A DNA stretch of 64,000 nt, taken from Candidatus Latescibacterota bacterium. GTDB lineage: Bacteria; Latescibacterota; UBA2968; UBA8231. The DNA is taken from contig CBDETY010000003.1 in assembly GCA_965243025.1 (NCBI GenBank), positions 2,528,001 to 2,592,000 of the forward strand, read 5' to 3'. The position numbers and the translations under genes are program-made. Below the pieces are notes generated by a model that was given only the letters and a program-made list of their open reading frames with translations, was not told the DNA's origin and made no database searches. Positions 1 to 9,925 of the stretch are shown here, in pieces (position 1 is the stretch's first letter; the number at the start of each line of letters is the position of its first letter).

Positions 1-806
1 GCGCCCGACGCCGGGGAAAACGAGATCTCTTCGCGGTCCGGGTCGGCGCTGTCGACCCAGGGCGGATAGTTGAACGACACACCCCCGGTGGGCTGCGACG
101 GCTCGAGCACCGTTCCCTGCAGGTCCGAGCGCACGTACAGGAACCCGAACCCCTTGACTCCCATCAGCCACTTGAAGGTCGAGCAGGCGGCGAAATCGAT
201 CCCCATCGCCCTGACGTCGATCGGCACCCCGCCTGCCGCCTGCATGATGTCGGCGTAGAGGTAGGCCCCGTTGGCGTGCGCCAGCTCCCCGAGGGCAGCC
301 GCGTCGGCGAGCAAGCCGTTTACATTGGAGACCAGGGCCACCGAGATCAGGCGGGTATCGCCGTCGACGGCGCGCTCCATGTCGGCCATGTCGATCTGCC
401 AGTTGCGGTTCCTGACGATCCGCACTTCGAGCCCGCGGCGCTCGCGGAACTTGTAGTTGTGTATGCATGGATTGAAGGCCAGGTCGGAGATGACGACGTT
501 GCCCCCCGCCAGGTGGTCTCCCAGTCCGTTGAGGATGTTGCTCTCCGACTCGACGGTGCTGCGCGCGAAGGCGATCTCCCCCGGGTCGGCGTTGATAAGG
601 CGGGCGAACAGCGTCTTTACCTCGTTCCGCGGCGCCGCCCAGGCCGGCCACCAGGGCTCCCCTACCTCGTGGGTCACCCAGTCGACGTAGCGGTGCAGGG
701 CCGCCGCCGAGCGCACGCTTATCGGGTGCGAAGAGGCGTTGTCGAAGTAGGCCATGGTGCGCGCCCGCGGAAAATCCTCGCGCACCCGGGCGGGAATGCC
801 GCTCAT
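1..806 (-). CDS. Aminotransferase class V / cysteine desulfurase-like PLP enzyme (3' end runs off the window)
   Basis: Not in the ORF track because it is open-ended. Hand translation from ATG at 806: MSGIPARVREDFPRARTMAYFDNASSHP...LVSNVNG...DIMQAAG...STFKWLMG (PLP Lys). ATGA overlap with the upstream gene. Confidence 0.85.
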   Translation of the reverse strand, partial: MSGIPARVREDFPRARTMAYFDNASSHPISVRSAAALHRYVDWVTHEVGEPWWPAWAAPRNEVKTLFARLINADPGEIAFARSTVESESNILNGLGDHLAGGNVVISDLAFNPCIHNYKFRERRGLEVRIVRNRNWQIDMADMERAVDGDTRLISVALVSNVNGLLADAAALGELAHANGAYLYADIMQAAGGVPIDVRAMGIDFAACSTFKWLMGVKGFGFLYVRSDLQGTVLEPSQPTGGVSFNYPPWVDSADPDREEISFSPASG

Positions 807-2119
807 ATCCGCCCCTCCTCCGGAACCGTGCGGCCCCCGTCCCAGTAGGATGCGGGAATGGTGCCGGTCGGCCAGTACCGTTCCCCGGCGTACTCGTCCC
901 ACCGGTTGCCGCACAGGGAGCTGATGACCGTCCATTCCGCGGCGCCGAAGTCCGGTTCGGGGTGGTAGAGGAAGCGCTTCAGCCCCGCCCGCTGCGAGGC
1001 GGCGAGGATTCCGTGCAGGTCGCGCGCCTGCATCTGGTCGCCCCCGTGAGGCCCGCGGCCGGTGGAGACCCAGGCGATCACCTTGTCGGGGTCGCCGATG
1101 GCGTCGAGGGCGCGCCGCGTCTCGCTGTAGACCACCTCGCTGAAGAACTCGTCGGGAAAGCCCATCTCCATGTCCATCAGGGAGTTGACGCCGGGCAGCT
1201 CGATCCCGAGAAGCGCCTTTACCGCGGCGAAACAGTCCGTCTCGGTCAGCGACGGATTCCAGTTTCCCAGCCGCTTCACCCACCGCGCGATCGTTCCGTA
1301 CATCCCGTCCATGCCGCGGTGCCAGAAGTAATGCTTGGGAAAGATGTAGTCGAAGTACTCCGCCATCCGGTGGTAGTTCTGGCCGGTCAGGGAGGACCAG
1401 GTCACCGCCCGCGGAATCCCCCCGAGCTCGACCTTGCGGTCGACGCCGTCGACCTGCTCCCGCATGAAGCGCCAGTCGGCGCGGGAGCGCTCCTGGCGCT
1501 GGCGCAGCCAGTAGAGAACGTCCTCGTCGACGTCGAACAGGATCAGCGAGGCCAGCATCCCCCCGTCGGCGTGGTAGCGCACCAACTCCGGTGTGAGGTT
1601 GTGCAGGCGCTCGCGCAGATGGGCGATGCCGCGGCGGATGCGGTCGACCTCGGCGCCGATCTGCGAGAAGCGCTCCTCCTCCCCAGGGCGCAGCTCCAGC
1701 AGCTCGCCGCCGTGGTGGAAGGCGAGCTCGTAGTGGTTCTCCCCCGGGCCGTCGGAGATCACCCCGTGCGCCTGCGGAAAGGCGTTCATCAGGTCCTGCA
1801 CCTGCACGGTGGGCCCGGTGCCGCTGAAGACCAGGATTCGCCAGCCGCGCCCGGCGGCGTTGTCGAGCATCGCCTGCAGCTTCTTCTCCTTTTCGGTGTC
1901 GCGCGGGGCGGCTTCGGGTGGCTCGGCTCCGAAGGACTCGTACAGCTTGCGGTCCGGAGCCCAGGCCGGAATCCTGGTGCCGTCCTCCTGGAGGAAGGAC
2001 ATGCGGCCGACGGCGAGGCCGCGCACCCCGCCGTCCTCCCATGCGTCGAAGCGGTCCTCGAAGCCCTCGAGCCAGTGCTCGAGGGGACTGTCGCTGCAGG
2101 TGAACACCCAGAGTTTCAT
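803..2119 (-). CDS. Uncharacterised ~438-aa protein, possibly a TIM-barrel enzyme; paralog of 46666-48069
   Basis: C-terminal part of ORF 803..3901. Real start MKLWVFTC at 2119 with RBS CAGGAG. Shares PKxYFWHRGxDG and GRxPHxGDxM motifs with the paralog. Confidence 0.8.
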   Translation of the reverse strand: MKLWVFTCSDSPLEHWLEGFEDRFDAWEDGGVRGLAVGRMSFLQEDGTRIPAWAPDRKLYESFGAEPPEAAPRDTEKEKKLQAMLDNAAGRGWRILVFSGTGPTVQVQDLMNAFPQAHGVISDGPGENHYELAFHHGGELLELRPGEEERFSQIGAEVDRIRRGIAHLRERLHNLTPELVRYHADGGMLASLILFDVDEDVLYWLRQRQERSRADWRFMREQVDGVDRKVELGGIPRAVTWSSLTGQNYHRMAEYFDYIFPKHYFWHRGMDGMYGTIARWVKRLGNWNPSLTETDCFAAVKALLGIELPGVNSLMDMEMGFPDEFFSEVVYSETRRALDAIGDPDKVIAWVSTGRGPHGGDQMQARDLHGILAASQRAGLKRFLYHPEPDFGAAEWTVISSLCGNRWDEYAGERYWPTGTIPASYWDGGRTVPEEGRI

Positions 2120-2470
2120 CTTCTCTCCTGTTCTCCGGTTGAAGGGCGGCGCCGCGCGGCGTAGAGTAGGTGGCCGAACCCGGGCGATGTCAAGCCGCCT
2201 GGAGAGCCTCGTGGAAGAAGCGGCCGCCAGGAGATGCGGACCGGGCGTCCTCGCCGCCGCCGCCCCGGCCGGGACCGCCGCAGGAAACCCGGCCCGGTGA
2301 CCAAACCGGGGGGAACGGCAGAGAATGGGAGTTCTGGACGACCATCGGAAAAGTGGACCGCGGGAATCGAATCCGGCTGCTGCGGCCCTTGCCGCCCGGT
2401 TTCCGGGCGGTAACTCGCTGCCCCATCTCCCCTCGACTCCCGCTGCCCGCGCGCATGACTTCAGACTGCG

Positions 2471-3895
2471 ATGACCCCTGCCGGCCGCCGACAACATTCC
2501 GAGGTGATCCTCGAGGGATACGGTCTTCCCTACTGGCTCGACTTCGAGCGCCCGTCCTACCCCTGCCTCGATGAGCGGGTGCAGGCCGACGCCGCGGTCA
2601 TCGGCGCCGGCATCGCGGGATTGAAGATCGCCGAATGCCTCAGCGGCCGCGGTCTCTCCTGCGTCGTCGTCGACGCCGGCAGAGTGGGAGAGGGCGCATC
2701 TTCCCGCAACCAGGGATGCATCGTCACCGGCCTCGGGACGCCCTACTCCGAGCTGGTGCGGAAGGTCCCCCGGGAGATGGCGCGCTCCCTGGTGGCCCTC
2801 AGCTGTCACAACCAGGATCTGCTCGTCGAGCAGATGGAGCGCCACGCCATCCGCTGCGGTTACGAGGTCCTCGGCGAGACCGCACTGATCCGGGGCGACC
2901 AGGCGGATTGCGTCGGGGCGCTCGAATCGCTCCGCGCCGACGCGGAGCTGCTCCGAGAGGACGGTTTCGCCGCCGAGTGCCTCGATGCGGAGGAGGCGCG
3001 GGAAGCTACCGGTTCCCCGCTGTTCGCCGGCGGCATACGGTTCCCCCGGGACGCCCAGTTCCACTCGGGCCGCTTCGCCGCCGGCCTCGGGGCGGCTGTC
3101 TCCCGCCTGCCCGGCGTCCGCCTGTTCGAGGCCTCGCCGGTGCTGTCGATCCAGCGGCGCGGCGGCGGCCACCTGGTCCGGACCCCGCGAGGCGAGGTCG
3201 GATGCAGCCACCTCTTCGTGGCGACCAATGCCCTCGCCCCCCAGCTGCTGCCGGGGCTGACCGGCAGTCTGCGGGCGGAACGCGGGCAGGTGCTGGTGAC
3301 CGAGCCGCTGGCGGCGCGGCCCTGCCGCGGCTGCTTCGGGGGCGGGCTTGCCTGGTGGCGGGACATCCGCGAAGCGGACGGCCGCTGGCGGCTGCTCTTC
3401 GGCGGGGCGAGGCGCCGCGACGAGCCCGACAGCCTGTTCAGGCAGTACGGCACCGACGGCAGGCGGAATCCACGCCTCGGGAACGGTTTCCTCCCGACTG
3501 CCGCCCACCAGCGCCGCCTGCATGCGCGCCTCGCCGAGATCTTCCCGCATCTGGCCGGGGTCCGCATCACCCATCGCTGGGGAGGCCTGCAGTCGTTCAC
3601 CGGCGACGGCCTGCCGGTGATCGGCGCCCTCGATCCGGAGCGGCGCATCTACGGCATGGCGGGCTTCTCCGGGATGGGAAACTCCTATTCCAACGTCGGC
3701 GCCGCCTACCTCGCCGACCGCGCCGCCGGCGTGACGGGAGAGGTCGAGCGGCGTTTCGGCGCTGCGGTCGAGATGCTCCTGGCCCCGCACCGTGAGGGGG
3801 CGCGCTGGCCGGGACCGGAGCCGACCCTCGCGCGCGCCGGAACCGCCGGGGTCGCCAGTCCCGGCCGGACCTCCCCGGGCGAGGCCTCCACATAG
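2471..3895 (+). CDS. FAD-dependent oxidoreductase (DadA/PuuB-like)
   Basis: VIGAGIAG dinucleotide motif, GASSRNQG, C-terminal DGLPVIG and GFSGMG. Start may be the GTG near 2504. Confidence 0.85.
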   Translation: MTPAGRRQHSEVILEGYGLPYWLDFERPSYPCLDERVQADAAVIGAGIAGLKIAECLSGRGLSCVVVDAGRVGEGASSRNQGCIVTGLGTPYSELVRKVPREMARSLVALSCHNQDLLVEQMERHAIRCGYEVLGETALIRGDQADCVGALESLRADAELLREDGFAAECLDAEEAREATGSPLFAGGIRFPRDAQFHSGRFAAGLGAAVSRLPGVRLFEASPVLSIQRRGGGHLVRTPRGEVGCSHLFVATNALAPQLLPGLTGSLRAERGQVLVTEPLAARPCRGCFGGGLAWWRDIREADGRWRLLFGGARRRDEPDSLFRQYGTDGRRNPRLGNGFLPTAAHQRRLHARLAEIFPHLAGVRITHRWGGLQSFTGDGLPVIGALDPERRIYGMAGFSGMGNSYSNVGAAYLADRAAGVTGEVERRFGAAVEMLLAPHREGARWPGPEPTLARAGTAGVASPGRTSPGEAST

Positions 3896-4151
3896 TTCCA
3901 TGAACGCACCTCAACGGCGCAAGCCGTTCGCCCGGGCTGCCGCAATCGTTCGCGAACGCCGTCCTGAACGTCCCGCCCCTGCGGCCGCCCCGCCAGCGAC
4001 TTGACAAACCCGGGAAGAATTTCCCCCTGTTGCCGGGGTCGAACTCTCGCAGGTCCTCCCCCGGGAGGTCCAGGTCCGAACCGACGGCATCCCGCTGTCG
4101 ACACCCCAGGAAGCTGAAGTCGCAGCTCCCGAAAACGGCCAGGAGCTCATC

Positions 4152-5624
4152 ATGCCGAACCCGTACAGCCCCGAACAAGAAGCCGGCGGCGATCCCCCGG
4201 CCGGCAGGGCCGCCCTCCTCACCGACGGACAGGTGCAGCAGTTCATCGCCGACGGGTACCTGACCGTTCACGCCGACTACCCCCCTTCCTTCCACGAGGG
4301 CATACGCCGGAAGCTCGACTCCGTGCTGGAACAGGAGGGGAACCCGGGAAACAACATACTGCCGCGCATCCCGGAGATCGGGCACGTCTTCCGGCATCCC
4401 GCGGTCGCCGGCGCCCTGACAAGCCTCCTCGGTCCGGGATACATCCTCAATCCGCACCGGCATTGCCACCTCAACCCCCCTGGAAGCAGGGGCCAGACCT
4501 GGCACAAGGACTGCTACGTCTACGACCACAACCTGCGCCACCCGCGTTTCTCCTGGGTGCTCGCCTTCTACTACCCGCAGGACACCACCCCGGAGATGGG
4601 CCCGTCGGGACTCCTGCCGGGGACGCAGTTCCACCGGACGATAAGCGATCCGGACCCCGCAATCACCCGGGAGCCGGAGGCGGCGGTCTGCGGCCCGGCC
4701 GGCACGGTGGCCCTCATTCACTTCGACTCCTGGCACCGCGCCATCCGCAACGCAGGCAACCTTGGCCGCTACATGCTCAAATTCCAGTTCGCGCGCCTGC
4801 GCGAACCGGCGGCCCCCGCCTGGGACCACCGCGAACCCTCCTGGGCCCCGGAAAACGCCAACCCCAGTCCGCGGGTTTCCCGCGACGTATGGGACTGGAT
4901 GCTGGGCCCCGGTGCGAATGGCGACGGCAGTCCGGAAGCGGGGCCTGCTGCTGAAGGAGATTCCGAGGCGGCTCGCCTCGAAGCGGCGTACCGGCTCGCC
5001 GCGGCCGGCGAACCCGCGGTCGCCGAACTGATCGCCGCGATGCGGGAGCAGACCCTGGCCGCCCTCGAGGAGACCACGGCGAAAACCCCCGACAACGCGC
5101 ACGGGACCAACCCGACCCCGGGCCCGGCCGCCACCGCCCTGACCGCGGCCGGGGCCGCCGCGGTGCCGGCCCTGATCGACACCCTGGGAGACTCCCACTG
5201 GTGGGTGCGGGCGGTCGCCGCCGGCGCCCTCGCCCGCATGGGCGCCGAGGCCGCCGAGGCGGTCCCGGGCCTGACCGCGGCCCTCGGGGACGATCACTGG
5301 TGGGTGCGCAGGAACGCCGCCGAGGCGCTGGGGACGGCCGGCCTGTACGGCGGCGGGCTCGTGAGGGAAATGGGAAGGCTGCTCGGCGACGGCGACTACC
5401 GCGTCCGCCGCAACGCGGCGCTGACCCTGGCCAAGGTCGGCCCGGACGCCGGGGCCGCGGTCCCCGCCATCCTTCCCCTGCTGGAGGATGAGAACCGGTA
5501 CAACCGCTTCTACGGGGGACTGGCCCTGCGCCGCATCGGCACGGGCAGGGCAGGCGAAGCCCTGCTCGAATCCCTGTTCGAGTCGCGCTGGTGCCCGCTG
5601 ACCACGAAGGACGACATGTACTGA
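4152..5624 (+). CDS. Phytanoyl-CoA dioxygenase family protein with C-terminal HEAT repeats
   Basis: LTDGQVQQFIADGY, WHKD, PGTQ, WHRA. Repeated LGDxxWWVRxxAAxAL HEAT units. RBS AGGAG. Confidence 0.9.
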   Translation: MPNPYSPEQEAGGDPPAGRAALLTDGQVQQFIADGYLTVHADYPPSFHEGIRRKLDSVLEQEGNPGNNILPRIPEIGHVFRHPAVAGALTSLLGPGYILNPHRHCHLNPPGSRGQTWHKDCYVYDHNLRHPRFSWVLAFYYPQDTTPEMGPSGLLPGTQFHRTISDPDPAITREPEAAVCGPAGTVALIHFDSWHRAIRNAGNLGRYMLKFQFARLREPAAPAWDHREPSWAPENANPSPRVSRDVWDWMLGPGANGDGSPEAGPAAEGDSEAARLEAAYRLAAAGEPAVAELIAAMREQTLAALEETTAKTPDNAHGTNPTPGPAATALTAAGAAAVPALIDTLGDSHWWVRAVAAGALARMGAEAAEAVPGLTAALGDDHWWVRRNAAEALGTAGLYGGGLVREMGRLLGDGDYRVRRNAALTLAKVGPDAGAAVPAILPLLEDENRYNRFYGGLALRRIGTGRAGEALLESLFESRWCPLTTKDDMY

Positions 5625-5779
5625 AACCTCCGGCAGGGACCTCAGGCGGTCGGGCAATCAACCCTTCCGACGCATCGACGTTCGGGCAAGGCCGGGTCAG
5701 TTCGGCCGAAAACACAGGCGAAGCGCATGAGGCGCTACCCGTGATTGGACCGGCAGCACGCCGACGGTTGCAACAGCCC

Positions 5780-7096
5780 CTACCCCCGGGCCATCCCGTA
5801 ATGCGTCGCGAAGATGCTCTCGAGGTTTTCGACCAGCTGCTCCGGGGTGATCTCGCGGGCTACCATGAAGCGGTTCCACTCGTTCCAGTACTGGCGGTAG
5901 AGGAACGGCTCGGCCCCTTCGAGGCCGAAAGAGAAGGGGAAGAACCGCTCGGTGTTCCCCAGGATCAGCTCCAGCCCCTGCTGCACGTCCGGCAGCTCCA
6001 TCCCGGGATAGGAGCTCACCATGCGGGTGGTGCGCACCATCTCCGACTGGAACCAGCGGCTGCTGACGATGCGCAGGTAGCGGGCGGCGTGCTCCGGGTG
6101 CCTCGCCCTGGCCGGAACCGACAGGGTGATCAGGGAACCGATCAGCTCGCGCGGGCTGCCGGCGCCACCCGGCACCTGCGGGAAGCGGAAGGCATACATC
6201 CGGAAGCCCTCCATCATCACTTCGGTGCGTCCCGCGGTAAGCCAGGAGCCGACGAACACGGTGGCGGCTTTTTCCTGCCAGAAGATCAGCTCGGACTCGA
6301 TGTGGTTGAGGCCGGCGAACCCCTCGACGAAGTACCCCCTGTCGAGCAGCTCGCCGACCATCCTCGCGGCGCGCAGGAAGCCGTCCTCGGTCCAGGGAAC
6401 GCTGCGCTGCGGATCGCGGAAGGCGCGCCGCACCTTGTCGGATCCGAGAATCCGCTGCGCCAGGTGGTCGAACCACCAGCTCGTGTACCAGTGGATCCCG
6501 TCCTGGGTGATCGGGGTGATCCCCGCCCTTTTCAGGCGCTCGCAGTTGTCGACGAACTCTTCCCAGGTCTCCGGGTTGAGGCTGGCGCCGGCCTTCTCGT
6601 AGAGACGGCGGTTGCAGTACACCTGCAGCGAGATGACGCTTATCGGAACCGCGTAGAACCGCCCCTTCCAGGAAATGGCGTCGTGGTAGAGGGGATCGAG
6701 CGTCTCCAGCCAGGTCTTCCCCGGGGTGTCGTACGCCGGCCACTGCATGTAGTCGGTGATGTCGAGCACGTGCCCCTGCTCGACGTAGGAGTAGGTCAGC
6801 CCGGTCTCGGCCGTGGCGAACGACATGATGTCCGGCGGATTCCCCTCCATCACCCGGATCATCAGCTCCTGGTAGCCGCCCCCTCCGCCGCTGGCCGGCT
6901 CGATGCGGATCTCGGGATGGTCCTGCTCGAAGCGGTCGACGGCCTTCCAGTGCAGCTGGTTCCAGGGGGTCGCCCCGGCGCGCGGCCCCAGGCCGGAGAC
7001 CTCCATCACCTTTCCGTCCGGCAGGTGGGAATCGCAGCCGGCGACCAGGGCCCCGGCGCCTGCGCCGGCGCTCTTGAGAAAGCTCCTGCGGTCCAC
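5780..7096 (-). CDS. Carbohydrate ABC transporter substrate-binding lipoprotein with Tat signal
   Basis: GTG start, DRRSFLKSAGAGAGALVAGC (twin-Arg plus lipobox); G-R-F-Y-A-V-P and PETWEEF family-1 SBP motifs. Confidence 0.85.
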   Translation of the reverse strand: MDRRSFLKSAGAGAGALVAGCDSHLPDGKVMEVSGLGPRAGATPWNQLHWKAVDRFEQDHPEIRIEPASGGGGGYQELMIRVMEGNPPDIMSFATAETGLTYSYVEQGHVLDITDYMQWPAYDTPGKTWLETLDPLYHDAISWKGRFYAVPISVISLQVYCNRRLYEKAGASLNPETWEEFVDNCERLKRAGITPITQDGIHWYTSWWFDHLAQRILGSDKVRRAFRDPQRSVPWTEDGFLRAARMVGELLDRGYFVEGFAGLNHIESELIFWQEKAATVFVGSWLTAGRTEVMMEGFRMYAFRFPQVPGGAGSPRELIGSLITLSVPARARHPEHAARYLRIVSSRWFQSEMVRTTRMVSSYPGMELPDVQQGLELILGNTERFFPFSFGLEGAEPFLYRQYWNEWNRFMVAREITPEQLVENLESIFATHYGMARG

Positions 7097-7100
7097 GGTT

Positions 7101-7952
7101 CTATCCCTTGATGGCGCCCACCGTGAGCCCCTCGGTGATGCGGTCCTGAAGCAGGATGAAGACGACGATGAGCGGCAGCATGACGATGACGAGCCCGGCG
7201 AACAGCTCGGTCCAGCGCGACTCGGTCGACATGTTGAAGAACAGGGTCTGCAGGCCGCGGGCAAGGGTGTAGAGCTTGCCGCTGCGCAGCAGGATCAGCG
7301 ACCAGAAGAACTCGTTCCAGGTGTTGATGAAGCTGAAGATCGAGACCGTGATAAGACCCGGCCTGGCCAGGGGCAGCATGATGGTCCAGAAGGTCCGCCA
7401 CGGCGAGGCCCCGTCGATCAGGGCCGCTTCCTCCAGCTGGGTAGGCAGCGTCCTGAAGAAGGCGGTCAGCACGAACACGGAGAACGGCAGCCCGGTGGCG
7501 ACGTAGATCAGGATGAGGCCGGCGTGGCTGTTGGTCAGGCGCATCTGGCGCATCTGCACGAACAGCGGAAACAGGTAGAGCATCGCCGGCACCATCATCC
7601 CCGCGAGGAAGAGGTAGAAGAGGAACTGCCGACCCGGAAACACCACGCGCGCCAGCACGTACGCCGCCATCGCCGCCAGCAGCACCGTCGCCACCGTCGA
7701 CACCACGCTTATGTAGGCGGTGTTGAAGAAGTAGTCGCCGATCTCGGCATTGGCCCAGGCGTAGCGGTAGTTGCTCCACTTCCATTCGCTCGGAAGGGCC
7801 CAGGTGCTCGCGAAGAACTCGGCGTTGGATTTGAGCGAGGTGTAGACCACCCATGCCAGGGCCCCGGCCGAGCTGAGGCAGTACGCAATCAGCAGGAAAA
7901 CGGTGGTCACCCGGAGGAGGAGGGCGGCCATCCGGTCGCGGGGGTCGGCCAT
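7101..7952 (-). CDS. Carbohydrate ABC transporter permease (MalG/UgpE-like)
   Basis: EEAALIDGAS EAA loop, WNEFF, multiple TM helices. Confidence 0.9.
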   Translation of the reverse strand: MADPRDRMAALLLRVTTVFLLIAYCLSSAGALAWVVYTSLKSNAEFFASTWALPSEWKWSNYRYAWANAEIGDYFFNTAYISVVSTVATVLLAAMAAYVLARVVFPGRQFLFYLFLAGMMVPAMLYLFPLFVQMRQMRLTNSHAGLILIYVATGLPFSVFVLTAFFRTLPTQLEEAALIDGASPWRTFWTIMLPLARPGLITVSIFSFINTWNEFFWSLILLRSGKLYTLARGLQTLFFNMSTESRWTELFAGLVIVMLPLIVVFILLQDRITEGLTVGAIKG

Positions 7953-8830
7953 CAGTACTCGACCACTTCGCGGCGCATCAGCCGGCTGACGGCGAGACTG
8001 AAGACGAGGACGAGGAAGAACATCACCACCCCCATGGCCGAGGCGTAGCCGATGCTCTGCCCCTGGAATCCGGACCAGTAGAGGTAGGTTCCGATCACCT
8101 CGACGACGTTGGGATAGCCCCGGGTGATCACGAAGATCAGAGCGAATGCCTGCACCGAGCCGATTATCCAGAGCACGACGAGCACCTGCACCACGTCCCA
8201 CAGCAGGGGAAGGGTCACGTGCCGGAACTTCTGCCAGCCGTCGGCCCCGTCGAGCTCGGCCGACTCGTAGTAGCTCCGCGGGATCTTCTGCAGCCCCGCC
8301 AGGAACAGGATCACGAAGGTTCCCAGCCCCTGCCAGATCATCGCCACGGTGATCGCCGGCAGCCCGGTGCCGCGGCTGCCGAGCCAGGGCTGCGCCCAGG
8401 AGGAGAGCCCCAGGCTGCGCAGGGTTTCGTTGAGCAGGCCGATCACCGGGTTGTAGATGCTGCCCCAGAGCGCCGCGGTGACCACCACGGAGAGCAGGGT
8501 CGGCGCGAAAATGATGAACTTGAGGAGGCGCTCGAACGGCGGTTTCTGCGACAGGACCACGGCGAACAGGAGGCTCAGCGGAAAGATCAGCGCGAACCCG
8601 AGCACCGAGAACCAGGCGACGTTCTCCAGCGACGTAACGAAGGTCTTGTCGTTGAAGGCGCGCTCGAAGTTGGCGAGGCCGACGAACTCCTTCTCCGCGG
8701 TGATTCCCGACCAGGAGGTGGTCGAGTACCAGAAGGCGTTGAGGGCCGGCGCCACGAAGAAGACGCAGTGCAGGACCAGGGCCGGGCCCAGCAGCGGCAC
8801 CACGAGCTTGCGGAGCTCTCGCTGAATCAC
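7952..8830 (-). CDS. Carbohydrate ABC transporter permease (MalF/UgpA-like)
   Basis: FVGLANF, YESAELDGA, GYASAMG. Likely GTG start at 8830; the upstream in-frame extension is repeat-derived. Confidence 0.88.
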   Translation of the reverse strand: MIQRELRKLVVPLLGPALVLHCVFFVAPALNAFWYSTTSWSGITAEKEFVGLANFERAFNDKTFVTSLENVAWFSVLGFALIFPLSLLFAVVLSQKPPFERLLKFIIFAPTLLSVVVTAALWGSIYNPVIGLLNETLRSLGLSSWAQPWLGSRGTGLPAITVAMIWQGLGTFVILFLAGLQKIPRSYYESAELDGADGWQKFRHVTLPLLWDVVQVLVVLWIIGSVQAFALIFVITRGYPNVVEVIGTYLYWSGFQGQSIGYASAMGVVMFFLVLVFSLAVSRLMRREVVEY

Positions 8831-8847
8831 GGAATCGGGAGGAACCC

Positions 8848-9013
8848 TAGTGTCCCGTCGCAGAGATAGATTGACAAAATTGGGATGCCGAGGCGCCCGG
8901 CTCACAAGGCGCCTGAGCGAGTCGTACCGAGGGTGTACGGCGAGCGAAGGCAACGCCGTGAGCCGGGATGGATCGGCCTCCCAATGTCGAGATATTTCTG
9001 CGGCGGGGCATTA
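8848..9013. mobile_element. MITE-like element, copy 1 (162 bp between TA dinucleotides, imperfect ~20-bp TIRs)
   Basis: TA|GTGTCCCGTCGCAGAGATA ... TATTTCTGCGGCGGGGCAT|TA. Near-identical to 21485-21650. No transposase. Confidence 0.8.
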
Positions 9014-9925
9014 GGTCTTCATGCCGCTCAGGCTGATTCCCCCCACCAGGTAGCGCTGGGCGAGCAGGAACAGCGCGATCAGGGGGGCGGCCCCCATGAC
9101 GCTGGCGGCGAAGATCCGCGGCCAGTCGGCGCCCCCCTCGGAGCGGAAGAAGCTCAGGCCGACGGTCAGCGGATAGAAGTCCTGGTTGGTCAGCACCACC
9201 AGCGGCCACTCGAACATGTTCCAGGAAGCCATGAAGGTGAACAGGCCCAGGGTGATAAGGGCCGGTTTCGAAAGCGGCAGGATGACGTGCCAGAGGATGC
9301 CCCAGGTGCCGCAGCCGTCGATGCGGGCGGCGTGCTCCAGCTCGGCGGGGATGTTGAGGAAGAACTGGCGCAGCAGGAAGATGCCGAAGGCGCCGGCGAA
9401 CATCGGCACGACGACCCCCCAGAGCGTGTCGACCAGCCCAAGCTCGCGCACGACGAGGAAGTTGGGTATCAGCAGCACCGCGGGAGGCACCATCATCGTC
9501 GACAGCAGCAGGGTGAACAGGAACTCCCGACCCCTGAACTGCATGCGCGCGAAGGCATAGGCGGCCAGGATGTTGAAGAACAGCTGCACGACGGTGATAA
9601 GCGACGCGAAAATGGCGCTGTTCGAAAGGTAGCGGTCGACGTTCCCGAACTGGATGGCGTCGACGTAGTTCTTCCAGACCGGCCAGTCCGACCCCGGCCA
9701 GTCGAGGGCGCTCGGCTCGCCGCGGGCGTGAGCCAGGCGGTGCCCGATCTGGAAGCGGGGCGGGATAATGCTCTGCCGGTCCTCGGCGAACTCGCGCCGC
9801 GTCTTGAACGAGGAGCCCACCATGTACACGTACGGGTAGGTCATGACCACCGCCCCGAGGATCATCGCCAGCAGCGCCAGGGTCGGCGCCGAGAACAGCC
9901 GTGCCGTGAGCTTGCGGTTTCTCAA
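9011..9925 (-). CDS. Carbohydrate ABC transporter permease (MalG-like)
   Basis: ELEHAARIDGC, WNMFEWP. Probable TTG start overlapping the upstream stop; the TAA stop overlaps the MITE end. Confidence 0.88.
   Translation of the reverse strand: MRNRKLTARLFSAPTLALLAMILGAVVMTYPYVYMVGSSFKTRREFAEDRQSIIPPRFQIGHRLAHARGEPSALDWPGSDWPVWKNYVDAIQFGNVDRYLSNSAIFASLITVVQLFFNILAAYAFARMQFRGREFLFTLLLSTMMVPPAVLLIPNFLVVRELGLVDTLWGVVVPMFAGAFGIFLLRQFFLNIPAELEHAARIDGCGTWGILWHVILPLSKPALITLGLFTFMASWNMFEWPLVVLTNQDFYPLTVGLSFFRSEGGADWPRIFAASVMGAAPLIALFLLAQRYLVGGISLSGMKT

Noticed and set aside
803-3901. 1032-aa ORF as one giant protein
   Set aside because: The N-terminal ~590 aa are the antisense shadow of the FAD oxidoreductase plus intergenic DNA; the real gene starts at 2119 with an RBS.
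4001-4035. TTGACA promoter upstream of the PhyH-HEAT gene
   Set aside because: Perfect -35 but no convincing -10 at 16-18 bp spacing.
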